Positions 10,623 to 21,589 of a stretch of DNA of 32,260 nt are shown here, piece by piece. The first letter of the stretch is position 1, and each line of letters opens with the position of its first letter. The stretch spans positions 1 to 32,260 of the forward strand of contig NW_021833021.1 in assembly GCF_006345805.1 (NCBI RefSeq). The letters run 5' to 3'. The notes under the pieces are model-generated. The model was not told the origin of the DNA. It saw only the letters and a program-made list of their open reading frames with translations, and did no database searches. The DNA comes from Octopus sinensis (lineage: Eukaryota). The position numbers and the translations under genes were made by a program.

Positions 10623-11890
10623 TTGGGTTGGCAACTAAGTTCCCGCCGTTTTTTTTTAATTATGGAATCAATTTTTTTTTCGAGAATTCTATTTTTGAAT
10701 CATTTTGGAATCTATTTTGCTTTTTCCTAGTTAATTTTAGTTAATTTTAGTTAATTTTAGTTAATTTTAGTTAATTTTAGTTAATTTTAGTTAATTTTTG
10801 TTTATTTTCAGATTATTAAAATGGAATGTCAAGTTAAGAAAAACGAGCATTTTCGACACCTTCTTTTTGCTTTTAATCAAGGGTCTAAGGCTGCAAAAGC
10901 TGCTTGCGACATTTGTGCTGTGTATGGAGAGGGTGCGATAGCGAAGGAAACACTCGTGATTGGTATGCCAAGTTCAAATATGGAAATTTTGACTTCAAAG
11001 ATGCACCTTGTTCTGGTCGTCCAGTTGAGTTTGATGAAGAGCGATTAAACCAACCTTTGCACAAAAAATTCTTGTCAAATGACAAGGGAACTGGCGGAGA
11101 AAATGGAATGCTCCCACACACTTGATGGAAAGGCTCAGAAGTATGGAGCATGGGTTCTGCATGCTTTAAATGACAACAACAAAAATCAACGAGCCACAAT
11201 CTCCGCTGGTTTGCTGGCTCATCACCGCTCAACTCATGGATACAAGCAATGATTTCTTTACCCGAATCATTACTGGCGATGAAAAATGGTGCCTGTACAT
11301 CAATATGAAGCGCATAATTAATGAATGCTTAGCCCCGTAAACAAGTGACACCACGCGTGAAACAAGCTCTTCATCCGTGTAAAATGATGTTGTGTGTGTG
11401 TGGGACTGGAAGGGATTATCCATTACGAATTGCTTGAACAGAACCAAACGGCAACGCGGAACTCTATGTTCAACAGATGGAATGACTCACATGGCTTATC
11501 ATGGAGTTCTGCTGTACGACAACCCCCGACCTCATATCGCCAATATGACCAAGGAAGCCATTCAAACGCATGGCTGCAAAGTGCTGCCACACTCGCCGTC
11601 CTCTCCTGATTTGGCACCATCGGATTTCCACCTCATTCGATCTCTTTCAAATGCTATATGCGTAGATTCGTTCAATATTGTTACAGAATTGAGAGCTTGG
11701 TTGGATCAATTTTTCGAGTCAAAATCGGGTGATTTCTACCAACGAGATATTGAAAATCCCGTTGAACGTTGGGAAGAAGTTGTAAGCAACAAGGGTGAAT
11801 ACATTATTGATTAATTAGTTATTTTTTATTAAACCTTTTAAAAAATTTAAATTAAAAAAAAAAACGGTGGGAACTTAGTTGCCAACCCAG
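10623..11890 (+). mobile_element. Near full-length mariner (mellifera-like), DD34D transposase pseudogene 10821-11814
   Basis: TA|TTGGGTTGGCAACTAAGTTCCCGCCGTTTT and AAAACGGTGGGAACTTAGTTGCCAACCCAG|TA. Protein pieces MECQVKKNEHFRHLL, WVLHAL, ITGDEKW and YDNPRPH-34aa-SPDLAPSDFH, with frameshifts and deletions. Confidence 0.92.
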
Positions 11891-12186
11891 TAGAGAGAGA
11901 GAGAGAGAGGGAGAGAGAGAGGGGGGAGAGAGAGGGAGAGAGAGAGAGAGAGAGAATGTGTGTGTGTCCCCGAAGAAAAATAAGTAGGCCGAAACTTCGA
12001 AATCACACACGAGGAGTATTTTTGTAAAAGCAAGAGCGATACGTACCTTACCCAAAGTATTTAATAATCCTTCATTTTAATGTAAAACTGTTTTTATTGC
12101 AAATTCATAAACATTAATGTGTGTGTGTCTGTCTATATATATAATATATATAGTATGTATGTATTTATATATATATATATGTGTGT

Positions 12187-12254
12187 ATTCTTTTATTCTT
12201 TCATGCTTTTATTGGTTTCAGACATGAGGCTGCGGTCATGCTGGATCACCACCG
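12187..12254 (-). mobile_element. Isolated SINE 3' tail
   Basis: Minus strand GGTGGTGATCCAGCATGACCGCAGCCTCATGTCTGAAACCAATAAAAG, similar to the tail at 8828-8870. Confidence 0.65.
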
Positions 12255-12260
12255 TGTCCA

Positions 12261-12295
12261 AGAAATATGGAATGCTTCACGAAATTGCGTGTCAT
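12261..12295 (-). pseudogene. U6: U6 snRNA 3'-terminal fragment
   Basis: Minus strand ATGACACGCAATTTCGTGAAGCATTCCATATTTCT versus the canonical U6 end ATGACACGCAAATTCGTGAAGCGTTCCATATTTTT: 32 of 35 identical. Confidence 0.85.
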
Positions 12296-12863
12296 ATATA
12301 CGTATATATACGTAGAGAGACAGAAAGAGAGAGAAGAAGGAAAGAAAGAAATGGGGAGAGAGAAAGGGATTGATAGAGAAAGATAGATAGATATACATAT
12401 ATACGTACAGTATGTATATGTATATATATATATATATATAATATATATAATATATATATATATATATGCATGTATATATTACATGTAGATGTAAGTATGT
12501 ACATATATATATATGTCTATATGCATATATTTTATTATGTTATTATTATTTATTATTATATGACGAACGCACGCGTTATTTCTCTATTTCTCTTCTCCAA
12601 GTAAGATTTTATATATACATATATATATACATATATATATATATACACTCACACACACACACACACATACATATAGGTATAATATATGATTATATATATA
12701 TATATATGTATATATATGCATATATATGAGTGTGTGTGTATATGCTTGTGTGTGGATAGATAGCTTGGTAGGCAGGTAAGCATTCAAATAGACAAACGCT
12801 ATATGCCTATATTTATTTTTCTCTCCCTCCTTCTTTCTCTCTCTCTCTGTATATCTATATATC

Positions 12864-12933
<70 letters not shown>

Positions 12934-12935
12934 AA

Positions 12936-13242
12936 GGCGCATGGCTCAGTGGTTAGGGCGTCGAACTTACGATCGTGAGGTTGTGAGTTCGAATCCCGTA
13001 CCGGGCTGCGTGTTGTGTTCTTGAGCAAGACACTTCATTTCACTTTGCTCCAGTTCACTCAGCTGTAGAAATGAGTTGCGACGTCACAGGTGCCAAGCTG
13101 TATCGGCCCCTTTGCCTTTCCCTTGGATAACACTGGTGGCGTGGAGAGGGGAGACAGGTATGCATGGGCGACTACTGGTCTTCCATAAACAACCTTGCCC
13201 GGAGTTGTGCCTCGGAGGGTAACTTTCTAGGCGCAATCCCAT
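12936..13242 (+). mobile_element. tRNA-derived SINE
   Basis: A box TGGCTCAGTGG (12942), B box GAGTTCGAATCC (12985), then TTGTGTTCTTGAGCAAGACACTT. Confidence 0.85.
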
Positions 13243-13500
13243 ACACACACATACTCACTCGCCCATAGATACATATGTATATGTATATGTTTCTGTGTCT
13301 CTGCTTGTGTTTGTCCCGTACCAAAGCTTGACAACTGGAGTTTATGTACCGGACGAGTTGCGATGCGGAAAATGAGACAGATGAATAAGCAGCAGACTTA
13401 ACGACAGACTAAACTAAAACACTTAAGTCTAATACCCGAAACAAGTGTGTGAGTGGGTGTGAGTGTGTAAAGACAGAGAAAGAGAGAGAGGGTGGATCAA

Positions 13501-13785
13501 AGAGATAGAACGAAAGATATATTGAGATAGAGAGAGACGTGGGGAAGAGGAAAGGGCAACGTTCGGTGGTATGTAGCAGTAGAATTGGTAAAGGATATCA
13601 GGACGTTTCAGTGTTTTATATGAGACAACCAGTCTGATAAAGTTCTATCTGGTTTCTACAAGTATATAATACAGACATACACACACCCACACACTCACCC
13701 ATTAAGGGGCGGAGCTAAACTGCAGCAACTGTATCGGGTCTGTTGCTACCTACCTACAAACGCACGAGCGCGCACGCGCACGCGC
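13501..13785 (+). repeat. Copy 2 of the 285-bp direct repeat
   Basis: Identical by eye to 10273-10557. Confidence 0.9.
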
Positions 13786-13807
13786 ATACCACCACACGTC
13801 ACAAAAT

Positions 13808-13990
13808 CTTTACTCTTTTACATGTTCCAGTGGTTAGACGGCAGCCATAATGGAACACCACCTTGAAGGGTTTTAGACGATCCATTCGGCACTGCTACTC
13901 ATTTATTTAAAGGCTGCTGTTTCGTTTTTTATCGGTCTCTTACGCTGAAGTTGCAGGGATGTAAACAAACCGACTCCACTTGTCAAGTAG
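13808..13990 (-). mobile_element. Degenerate SINE 3' portion
   Basis: Minus strand CCCTTCAAGGTGGTGTTCCATTATGGCTGCCGTCTAACCACTGGAACATGTAAAAGAG. Confidence 0.6.
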
Positions 13991-14689
13991 TGAGTAGTCA
14001 ATGGAGGTGAATACGGCAGAAGCAACGTATTGTGGAGTGCAGGGAGCAAAATGAGACGAGGCATATTGAAATTTCGTGTGTGTGTAGGCTCTGAGAATTA
14101 ATGATTTGAAGGACTAAAATGTAATTACGTTGCAAAACATTACAAAACGTTGAAAATGCATTTTTGTCACTAAAATATGTTAACATCAAAATATGTGAAA
14201 TTTTATAAAATATCTAAAATCTTTTGTAGCCAATCATACAATGAAAATATGAAAAGGAAATTTCGCTTATGCAAGGACAAAATAGTCTTAGTTGAAATAT
14301 TCCTAATTAAAATTCGATTAATTTGTAAACAAAATATTGTAAATAAGGTTCTCAGCTCAGAAGGGTAAGTATATATATCAAATACACAGAGAACGCTTCA
14401 ACTATTTCAGAAGAAAGCTTATAAGATCCACAAAAGGCACAAAGACTTTAACTAAGCATCCTCTCGATTTTTCACTTATCACCCCCAACAAAGATACTTC
14501 AAATCTAATACAGACACTGAAGAGGCCTGCTGTTCTCATCACCTTAACCACCAACCACAGTGATTTTGAGATTACCACCTTCTTATATGTTGTTAGGTCC
14601 TTCATGTATAATGTCAGAAAAGAGCTTCTATCTTGTGATGGAAGTGTGTCTTCCATGACCGGAAGAATCAAATGAAGTCCCTACACTAA

Positions 14690-15113
14690 ATTCCCATCGT
14701 CTGAAGGTCATAAACAATGAGGGCTATGTCATGCCACTTCACTTTTTCCTGCCAGATTAATGTGACAGCTCACATCAAGAAAATGGAGTCGGTTACCCTG
14801 GATCGAGAGAGGTCATACGTGTCCCAGCAAGGACTCTACTCCCTATACGGCTCAGGAGTGGATGGCCAAAGATTTCCATAGTCATGGCATCTCTAACATT
14901 TCGTCTCCTAGCTCTCCCGAAATAAACGCTCTGGACTACTTCGCCTGGGGCATCATAGAGAAGGAGACCAGCGAGCATGCCCACACTGTTAAGGACTCGT
15001 TGATGTTTGCTATTTGGACCAATATAAGTAAAGATCGCCCGATAAACGCGTTTAGTCGTTTCAGAAGCGTTACCTGGACAGTAATCGAGGTTGACTCTGG
15101 TTTCATTAAATAA
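14690..15113 (+). mobile_element. Tc1/mariner superfamily transposase C-terminal relic, maT/DD37D-like
   Basis: NEGYVMP.HFF, QEWMAKDF, SPSSPEINALDYFAWGIIEKET, FSRFRS...VIEVDSGFIK stop. No TIRs identified. Confidence 0.7.
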
Positions 15114-15407
15114 AAGTTTGCTATGTGTATGTAAGAATATGTGTATCGCATTCTATAAAGATGTTTTTCTATACATACTAAATTTTTCATGGCGATGTCA
15201 AGCATCTTAGTCCATCATTCATCGACTCCTTCAGTTCATGGACAAAATTCAATCCTTTCTACTCCCTCAGTTGATTGATAAATGTCAGACGATCTCTCCC
15301 ACACTTGAGGGTACCATGCTGTGGACCCCAAGACACAAGTTTTATTCGATTAATAAAAATAAACAAGCTTTTGACGGTTTTATGGATATTTCAAAATTAT
15401 GATGCTA

Positions 15408-16700
15408 CGAGGGGCGTTCAATAAGTAATGCCTCTGACCCACTTGCAGTTGTTTGATCTAGCTGAAAATTTACATGTGCAATTATTTATATCTCTATAGA
15501 TTAAGTGGCAAATTACAGCTCTGAACTAATTGTGGTTTCTGATATACAGGTGTTTGAACTGAGTCAAGTGTGAAATGAAGCCTGTTGTGTGTCGAGCAGT
15601 GATCCGGTTTTTGTATTTGAAAGGACGCACACCACGGGAGACTTTTGATGAAATGAAAGTAACTTATGGTGATGATGCCCCATCATATGACCTTGTAAAA
15701 CGCTGGCATCGTGAATTCAAACATGGTTGGAACTCTGTGGAAACAGCTCCCAGATCTGGTCGCCCCCCCCCTTCTGCCATTGATGAGGCATCTGTCCGTC
15801 AAGTTGAGGCTGCCATTTTGGAAGATCGACGCATAACTATTCGCCAAATAGCCCATGAGGTCAAGTTTAGTACCGGGTCTGTGGAAACTATCATTCATGA
15901 CCATTTGCATATGCAAAAGGTGTCTGCCAGATGGATTCCCAGGTTGCTCACACCTTTCCAGAAGCAAGAACGCATTGAGTGCTCGAGGATGAATTTGGAG
16001 ATGTGCCAAGAAGATGAGTCAAAATTTTTCAAAAGACTGATTACACAGGATGAAACCTGGGTCCATCACGATGATCCAGAGACCAAAGCCCAGTCAATGC
16101 AGTGGAAGCTCCGGGACTCACCTCCTCCAAAGAAGGCAAGGGTGCAGCCCTCCGCTGGCAAGGTCATGCTCACAGTCTTCTGGGACCAGGACGGAGTAGT
16201 GATGACAGATTTCCTGGCAAAGGGTACCACAATTACAGGAACCTATTATGCTTCACTTTTGAGGAAATTAAGAGAAGCTATCAAAATCAAGAGGCGGGGC
16301 AAGATCAGCAAAGGCATCCTCCTCCTGCAGGACAACGCTCCGGTCTACAACTCGCGTGTCGCCAGATCAGAAGCACAGGCGTGCGGCTGTGAACTCCTCC
16401 CCCATCCCCCTACTCTCCTGACCTTGCACCCTCTGATTTTCACCTCTTCCTAGCCATGAAGTTGTTTTTGAAAGGAAAGCGTTTCCCAGATGATGCAGCC
16501 TTGATTTCTGAAGTCACGTCGTGGTTGGAGGACCAAGCTGGGGTCTTCTACAAAAACGGTCTCCAGAGTTGCATCAAACGATGGGAGAAATGCGTAACTC
16601 TGGGTGGTTCCTATGTAGAAAAAGACTAATAACTCTGCCAAGTTTCGTTGCTCTACTGCTATGGGAAGTGGGTCAGGGCATTACTTATGAACGCCCCTCG
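15408..16700 (+). mobile_element. Full-length 1293-bp mariner (irritans-like) with TA target duplication
   Basis: TA|CGAGGGGCGTTCAATAAGTAATGCC ... GGCATTACTTATGAACGCCCCTCG|TA. Confidence 0.95.
15575..16629 (+). CDS. Mariner DD34D transposase with a single -1 frameshift in a C-run at 16406-16410
   Basis: ORF with RSGRP, WIPRLL, ITQDETW and QDNAP runs to PHPP. After restoring one C it continues YSPDLAPSDFHLF...RWEKCVTLGGSYVEKD stop. D-D spacing is 34. Confidence 0.88.
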
Positions 16701-16707
16701 TATGAGG

Positions 16708-16739
16708 CAGGGTGTTTCCATTATTTTGTCCAACCCCTG
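16708..16739. mobile_element. Terminal inverted repeat of a Tc1-like element
   Basis: Reverse complement reads TA|CAGGGGTTGGACAAAATAATGGAAACACCCTG, a typical Tc1-type TIR; partner TIR not found. Confidence 0.5.
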
Positions 16740-16816
<77 letters not shown>

Positions 16817-16910
16817 GTTAATCCAAACATGAAAGCACAAAAAGATACAACGCGAGGGAGGTGGAACAAATATAGTATTATTGGACGCTCATGTATGTGT
16901 GTGTGTATCT

Positions 16911-16982
<72 letters not shown>

Positions 16983-17145
16983 ATATATATAGGTGAATGA
17001 ATTATCCTATGTTTATCGTCAGCATGGAAAATTCGTTTAACCGAAACCTGGGTAGCAAATTCACGTCAGAAACACGGTTGAAGCGACCTGTCCAAGGGTA
17101 GAAAACTCCGGGTTCATGGCAGAAAAATTTGGTGTGTATATATGA

Positions 17146-17822
17146 ATAAATGAAAGAATGGAGTCGAACGAAGATGTTAACAAAATTCCTTTACTCTCGA
17201 CATATGTTTCGAAGACAACATGTTTTCATTCCAAAGGAATAAAAGGTGCATTATGCAATCTTCTCGTCAGGAATGAAAGGGAGCCTCTCTCGACAACAAG
17301 ACAAACAAAAATTTCGATTACTGCCTGCATGGTAAACAAAGCGATAATGAGTTTTTTTTTTTAAAACCGTTAGAAGAATTGACGTCAAAGATAGATAGTA
17401 GGAAGAGAAGGGTTAAAGGAATAATAGGTAGGGAACAAGTGGAGAGGGAAGGGTACGTTGATTGAAAGAATGTTCGAAGGCTTAGGAAAGAATTTCGCTA
17501 TTGAAGTGGGGTGGACGTAAAGCTAATTGTCCAAACCACAGTGACTATCGTTATCATTTATATGAGTAGAAAGTATGTTTCTGCCAGTGTTTGCATTTGT
17601 ACGATTTCTCTATGAGTGTGTTTACTAGGGGAACCTTAGAGAAGAGAATATGGAAGAGTTCAGAGTTACAAATGTTACAAAATCTCCTGCCCTTATCAAA
17701 AAGAAAGGATACAGACAGTATGAACCAATCTAACTTGAAATTTATATTGTTATCTTTAAGACCCAAACTAATTTACTTAGCCCTGTACTATGTCGTTTTT
17801 TACTATCCCCGAATGTTGAATA
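17146..17822 (-). mobile_element. 3' fragment of a Penelope-like element: GIY-YIG C-terminal region plus terminal repeat
   Basis: Minus-strand pieces KKRHSTGLSKLVW, LKDNNINFKLDWFILS, GRRFCNICNSELFHIL and EKSYKCKHWQKH, stop at 17554. This resembles the W-IL..C-x2-C..C-R/K-H tail of PLE endonucleases and is followed by a hammerhead. Confidence 0.65.
17188..17280 (-). ncRNA. Type I hammerhead ribozyme fold in the PLE terminal repeat
   Basis: CCTTTCATTC-CTGACGA-GAAGAT...GTCTTC-GAAA-CATATG-TC-GAGAGTAAAGG. Stem II 6 bp with G-C first pair, palindrome ACATATGT, GUC site at 17199/17198, stem I with an internal loop. Confidence 0.8.
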
Positions 17823-17865
17823 ATGGGTGGCTTTATTGAGTTCACATGTTCTAACAGCACTGGGA

Positions 17866-17920
17866 CATATGTCAAGAGTAAAGGAATTTTGTTAACATCT
17901 TCGTTCGACTCCATTCTTTC

Positions 17921-17926
<6 letters not shown>
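17866..17926 (+). repeat. Inverted partial copy of the PLE terminal repeat (17146-17206)
   Basis: About 61 bp reverse-complementary with 1 mismatch; both ends abut TA runs. Confidence 0.85.
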
Positions 17927-17968
<42 letters not shown>

Positions 17969-17970
17969 CA

Positions 17971-18682
17971 TAGGATCAACACCACTAAAACCAACCATAT
18001 GGCCAATATTGTTGATGACACCTTCATACTCTGGCCCCACCAGGAAGATGTCCCAGTGCTGTTAGAACATATGAACTCAATAAAGCCACCCATACAGTTC
18101 ACAATGGAAAAGGAAAAAGACAATCAACTGGCATTCCTCGACGTATTAATAACACGCACCAAATATGGATTCAGGACATCCGTATACCGCAAGCTGAACT
18201 TCACGGGACGATACCTCAACTTCAACTCCCACCATCCATGTAGTGTAAAAAGAGGGACTGCTCAGTGCCTAAAACATCGAGTAAAGGATATAAGTAGCGT
18301 TCCTGATACACACCACGAAGAAATGGTCAAGCTCAGTAACAATCTATTAAGCAACAACTACCCCCAAAACATACTATCCACTCCAATTATGAAGAAAAAA
18401 GCGGATGAAACCGATAAACTGTCCCCAGTCTGTCTACTTTATGTGAAAGGCCTCTCCGAAAAGATACAAAAGATATGCGGCCCATATGACATCAGGACAG
18501 TATTCAAGAGTAATACAACACTTTGCGAATATCTCCTTTGAGTAAAACCACCAATAGAAGAGAATATGACCAAAAACTGCGTGTACTCCATCGCATGCAG
18601 CTGTGGTAGGTTATTCAATGGCGAAACATGCCGATCCCTCAAAATAAGGGTAGAGGAACATCGCAAAGCTGTGACACGGTAA
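17971..18682 (+). mobile_element. Penelope-like element fragment: RT C-terminal half plus GIY-YIG start, decayed
   Basis: VDDTFILW, QFTMEKEKDNQLAFLDV, YRK..FTGRYLNFNSHHP, YVKGLSEKI, CVYSIACSCG...GETCRSLKIRVEEHRKAV. Internal stop at 18539-18541. Confidence 0.85.
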
Positions 18683-18749
18683 TAAGGAAGGATAGAAAAA
18701 TATTACATTTATAAGCCCTAAAATTCACTCCATAATTGCCTACGGGCAA

Positions 18750-18805
18750 AGGTGTGGGCTACTAACCCCAAGATTCCGAGTTCGATTACAGGAAATTACC
18801 TGAAT
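18750..18805 (+). other. Short tRNA-like (SINE-head-like) fragment running into (TAA)n
   Basis: GGTGTGGGCTACTAACCCCAAGATTCCGAGTTCGATTACAGG, with a B-box-like GAGTTCGA. Confidence 0.4.
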
Positions 18806-19270
<465 letters not shown>

Positions 19271-20386
19271 GAAATAACCACCATAGGACTGCAAAAATAT
19301 CTACTTCAGAAGGAAGGAAAACTGATACAAATAGCGGCAAAACACGCGCAAAACAAACAAAACTGTTCTCAGTATTTAAGGAAGCCGACAAATACAAACA
19401 AGAAATCATACCACCTAATAAATATGAAGAAGAAGAAGAAGAAGATGAAGAAACAACAAAAGCTATAAAACAAATGAAATCCAAACTAAAAATAGAACAG
19501 CAACGAACCTTGATAAAACGATGGCAAGAAAAACTCCTTCACGGTAAATACTGACTTAAACTAAATGCAAAAGAAATAGAAAAGAAAAAAATCCCAGCAA
19601 TGGTTGAGAAGCTCAGGACTCAAAGCAGAGACAGAGGGATTTTTAATTGCAGCACAAGACCAAAGCCTCCCCACCAGAAATTACCAAAAAATGTAATGAA
19701 AAGAAATATAACAAGTAACTGCAGAATATGTGGAGATGGACAAGAAGCAATAAATCATATTATCTCTAGCTGCCCAGTCTGGCTAAGAAGGAATATATTC
19801 ACAGACACAACAGAGTTGGGACCTACATACACTGGAAGCTATGCCAACTTATGGAATAACAACAGAAAAAAGATGGTACAGGCACACGCCAGAAAAGGTC
19901 ACAGAAAACTAGAAAGCAACCATACTCTGGGATCTGCCAATACTCACAGATAGAGAAATTAAGGCCAATGGGCTGGATTTAGTTGTTAGAGATCACCAAG
20001 GAAAAAAATGCTTTCTAATTGATGTATCAATACCGGCAGATGACAATGTGTCTCTAAAAGAAATGGAGAAACTCTCAAAATACAAGAGACCTGGAAATAG
20101 AGGTAACTAGAATGTGGAATCTAAAAACAGAAACAATTCCCATCATAATAGGTGAATTAGGCATGATAAAAAATATTCAGACAAATACATAACCAAAACA
20201 CCAGGACTTACAAACACATATAACATACAGAAAATTGCACTACTAGGCACTGCACACATCCTACGTAGAAACACTTTCCATAGAGTAACCATCAGAGCAT
20301 CACAACAAATCACAGCACATACCTAAGGCACACAGAGCTGGGCTCAGTAGTGAAGTGAAAGCACACTATAAAAATGAAACTACTGA
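19271..20386 (+). mobile_element. Second, divergent 5'-truncated R4/Dong-like LINE, frameshifted
   Basis: WQEKLLHGKY, GLKAETEGFLIAAQDQSLPTRNYQK, CRICGDGQEAINHIISSCP, ILWDLPILTDREIKAN, IDVSIP, MWNLKTETIPIIIG, GTAHILR. 3' end enters (TAA)n at about 20387. Confidence 0.85.
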
Positions 20387-20472
20387 ATAATAATAATAAT
20401 AAAATAATAATAATAAATAATAATAATAATAATAATTAATAATAATAATAAATAATAATATAATAAATAATG

Positions 20473-20503
<31 letters not shown>

Positions 20504-20716
20504 CAACAACACAAACAACAACAACAACAACAATAATATATAATAATAATAATAAAATAATAATAATAATAATAATGATACAACATCGAAAAATAGGACA
20601 TCAAACAACATTAGGGTTAATGTATAATGTAAATAATACACATATATATATAAATATATACATACATATACATATATATATGTATATATATATGTATATA
20701 TACATATTTACCGTGA

Positions 20717-20955
<239 letters not shown>

Positions 20956-21512
20956 GACGATGAATTTGTCATATTTACATACCGAAATTACCGGTAATAA
21001 TTGTTGGTTATATGAAAAACCACTGAAAAATTATTTACCATTTTTATTGTATTACCATGTGGACTTCTTATTCCATTGCGATCGGCCAGACGGCGCGCAC
21101 GGCAGAATTTTGGAGGGAAAATTACGTTCTCAGTCAGTACTTAGTTTTAACATATACACCTCCCCCCACTATCTGATGTCGCTTGGTCAGAAGTGAGGGC
21201 TTGTGGCATTTGGTAAATCTATCGAATATGGTGTTGATGAAGGAAATCAAGCTATTTTCGAGCTTGTGATCCAGAAACATGTATCATTAACGGTAAGAGA
21301 TTGGTTTCGTTTATTTGCTACTCCGTTGTTTGCGTATGTGAATCGCGGGGGGTTCGTATTGGAAAATCCACTTATAGAAAATGAAAAACAGTCTTTGACT
21401 GCCATTTCTAATTCCTTCGGTATGCGGCGAGCAGCCTGTTGCCCGCCCTTTAATTATTTTCACTATATATATATATAAGATATATAAATAAAAACATGAT
21501 GCCAAGGATTCA

Positions 21513-21589
21513 GCGGTACATATGTTTCGGGCCTTTATTAGACGGATTTATAACAAGCATAATGTGTGTCTATGGCCTTCTTCAGCCGC
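21513..21589 (-). ncRNA. Type I hammerhead ribozyme fold
   Basis: GCGG-CTGAAGA-AGGCC...GGCCC-GAAA-CATATG-TA-CCGC. Stem I 4 G-C pairs, stem II GGCC/GGCC plus TAGAC/GTCTA, palindrome ACATATGT, GUA site at 21517/21516. Confidence 0.75.

Noticed and set aside
10731-10800. CRISPR-like array
   Set aside because: 10-bp units without spacers inside a mariner, in a eukaryotic context.
12936-13000. tRNA gene
   Set aside because: A and B boxes are present but the sequence continues into a SINE body shared with other copies, and I could not identify a tRNA acceptor stem.
14361-14370. GGTAAGT splice-donor-like site
   Set aside because: No supporting acceptor or open frame upstream.
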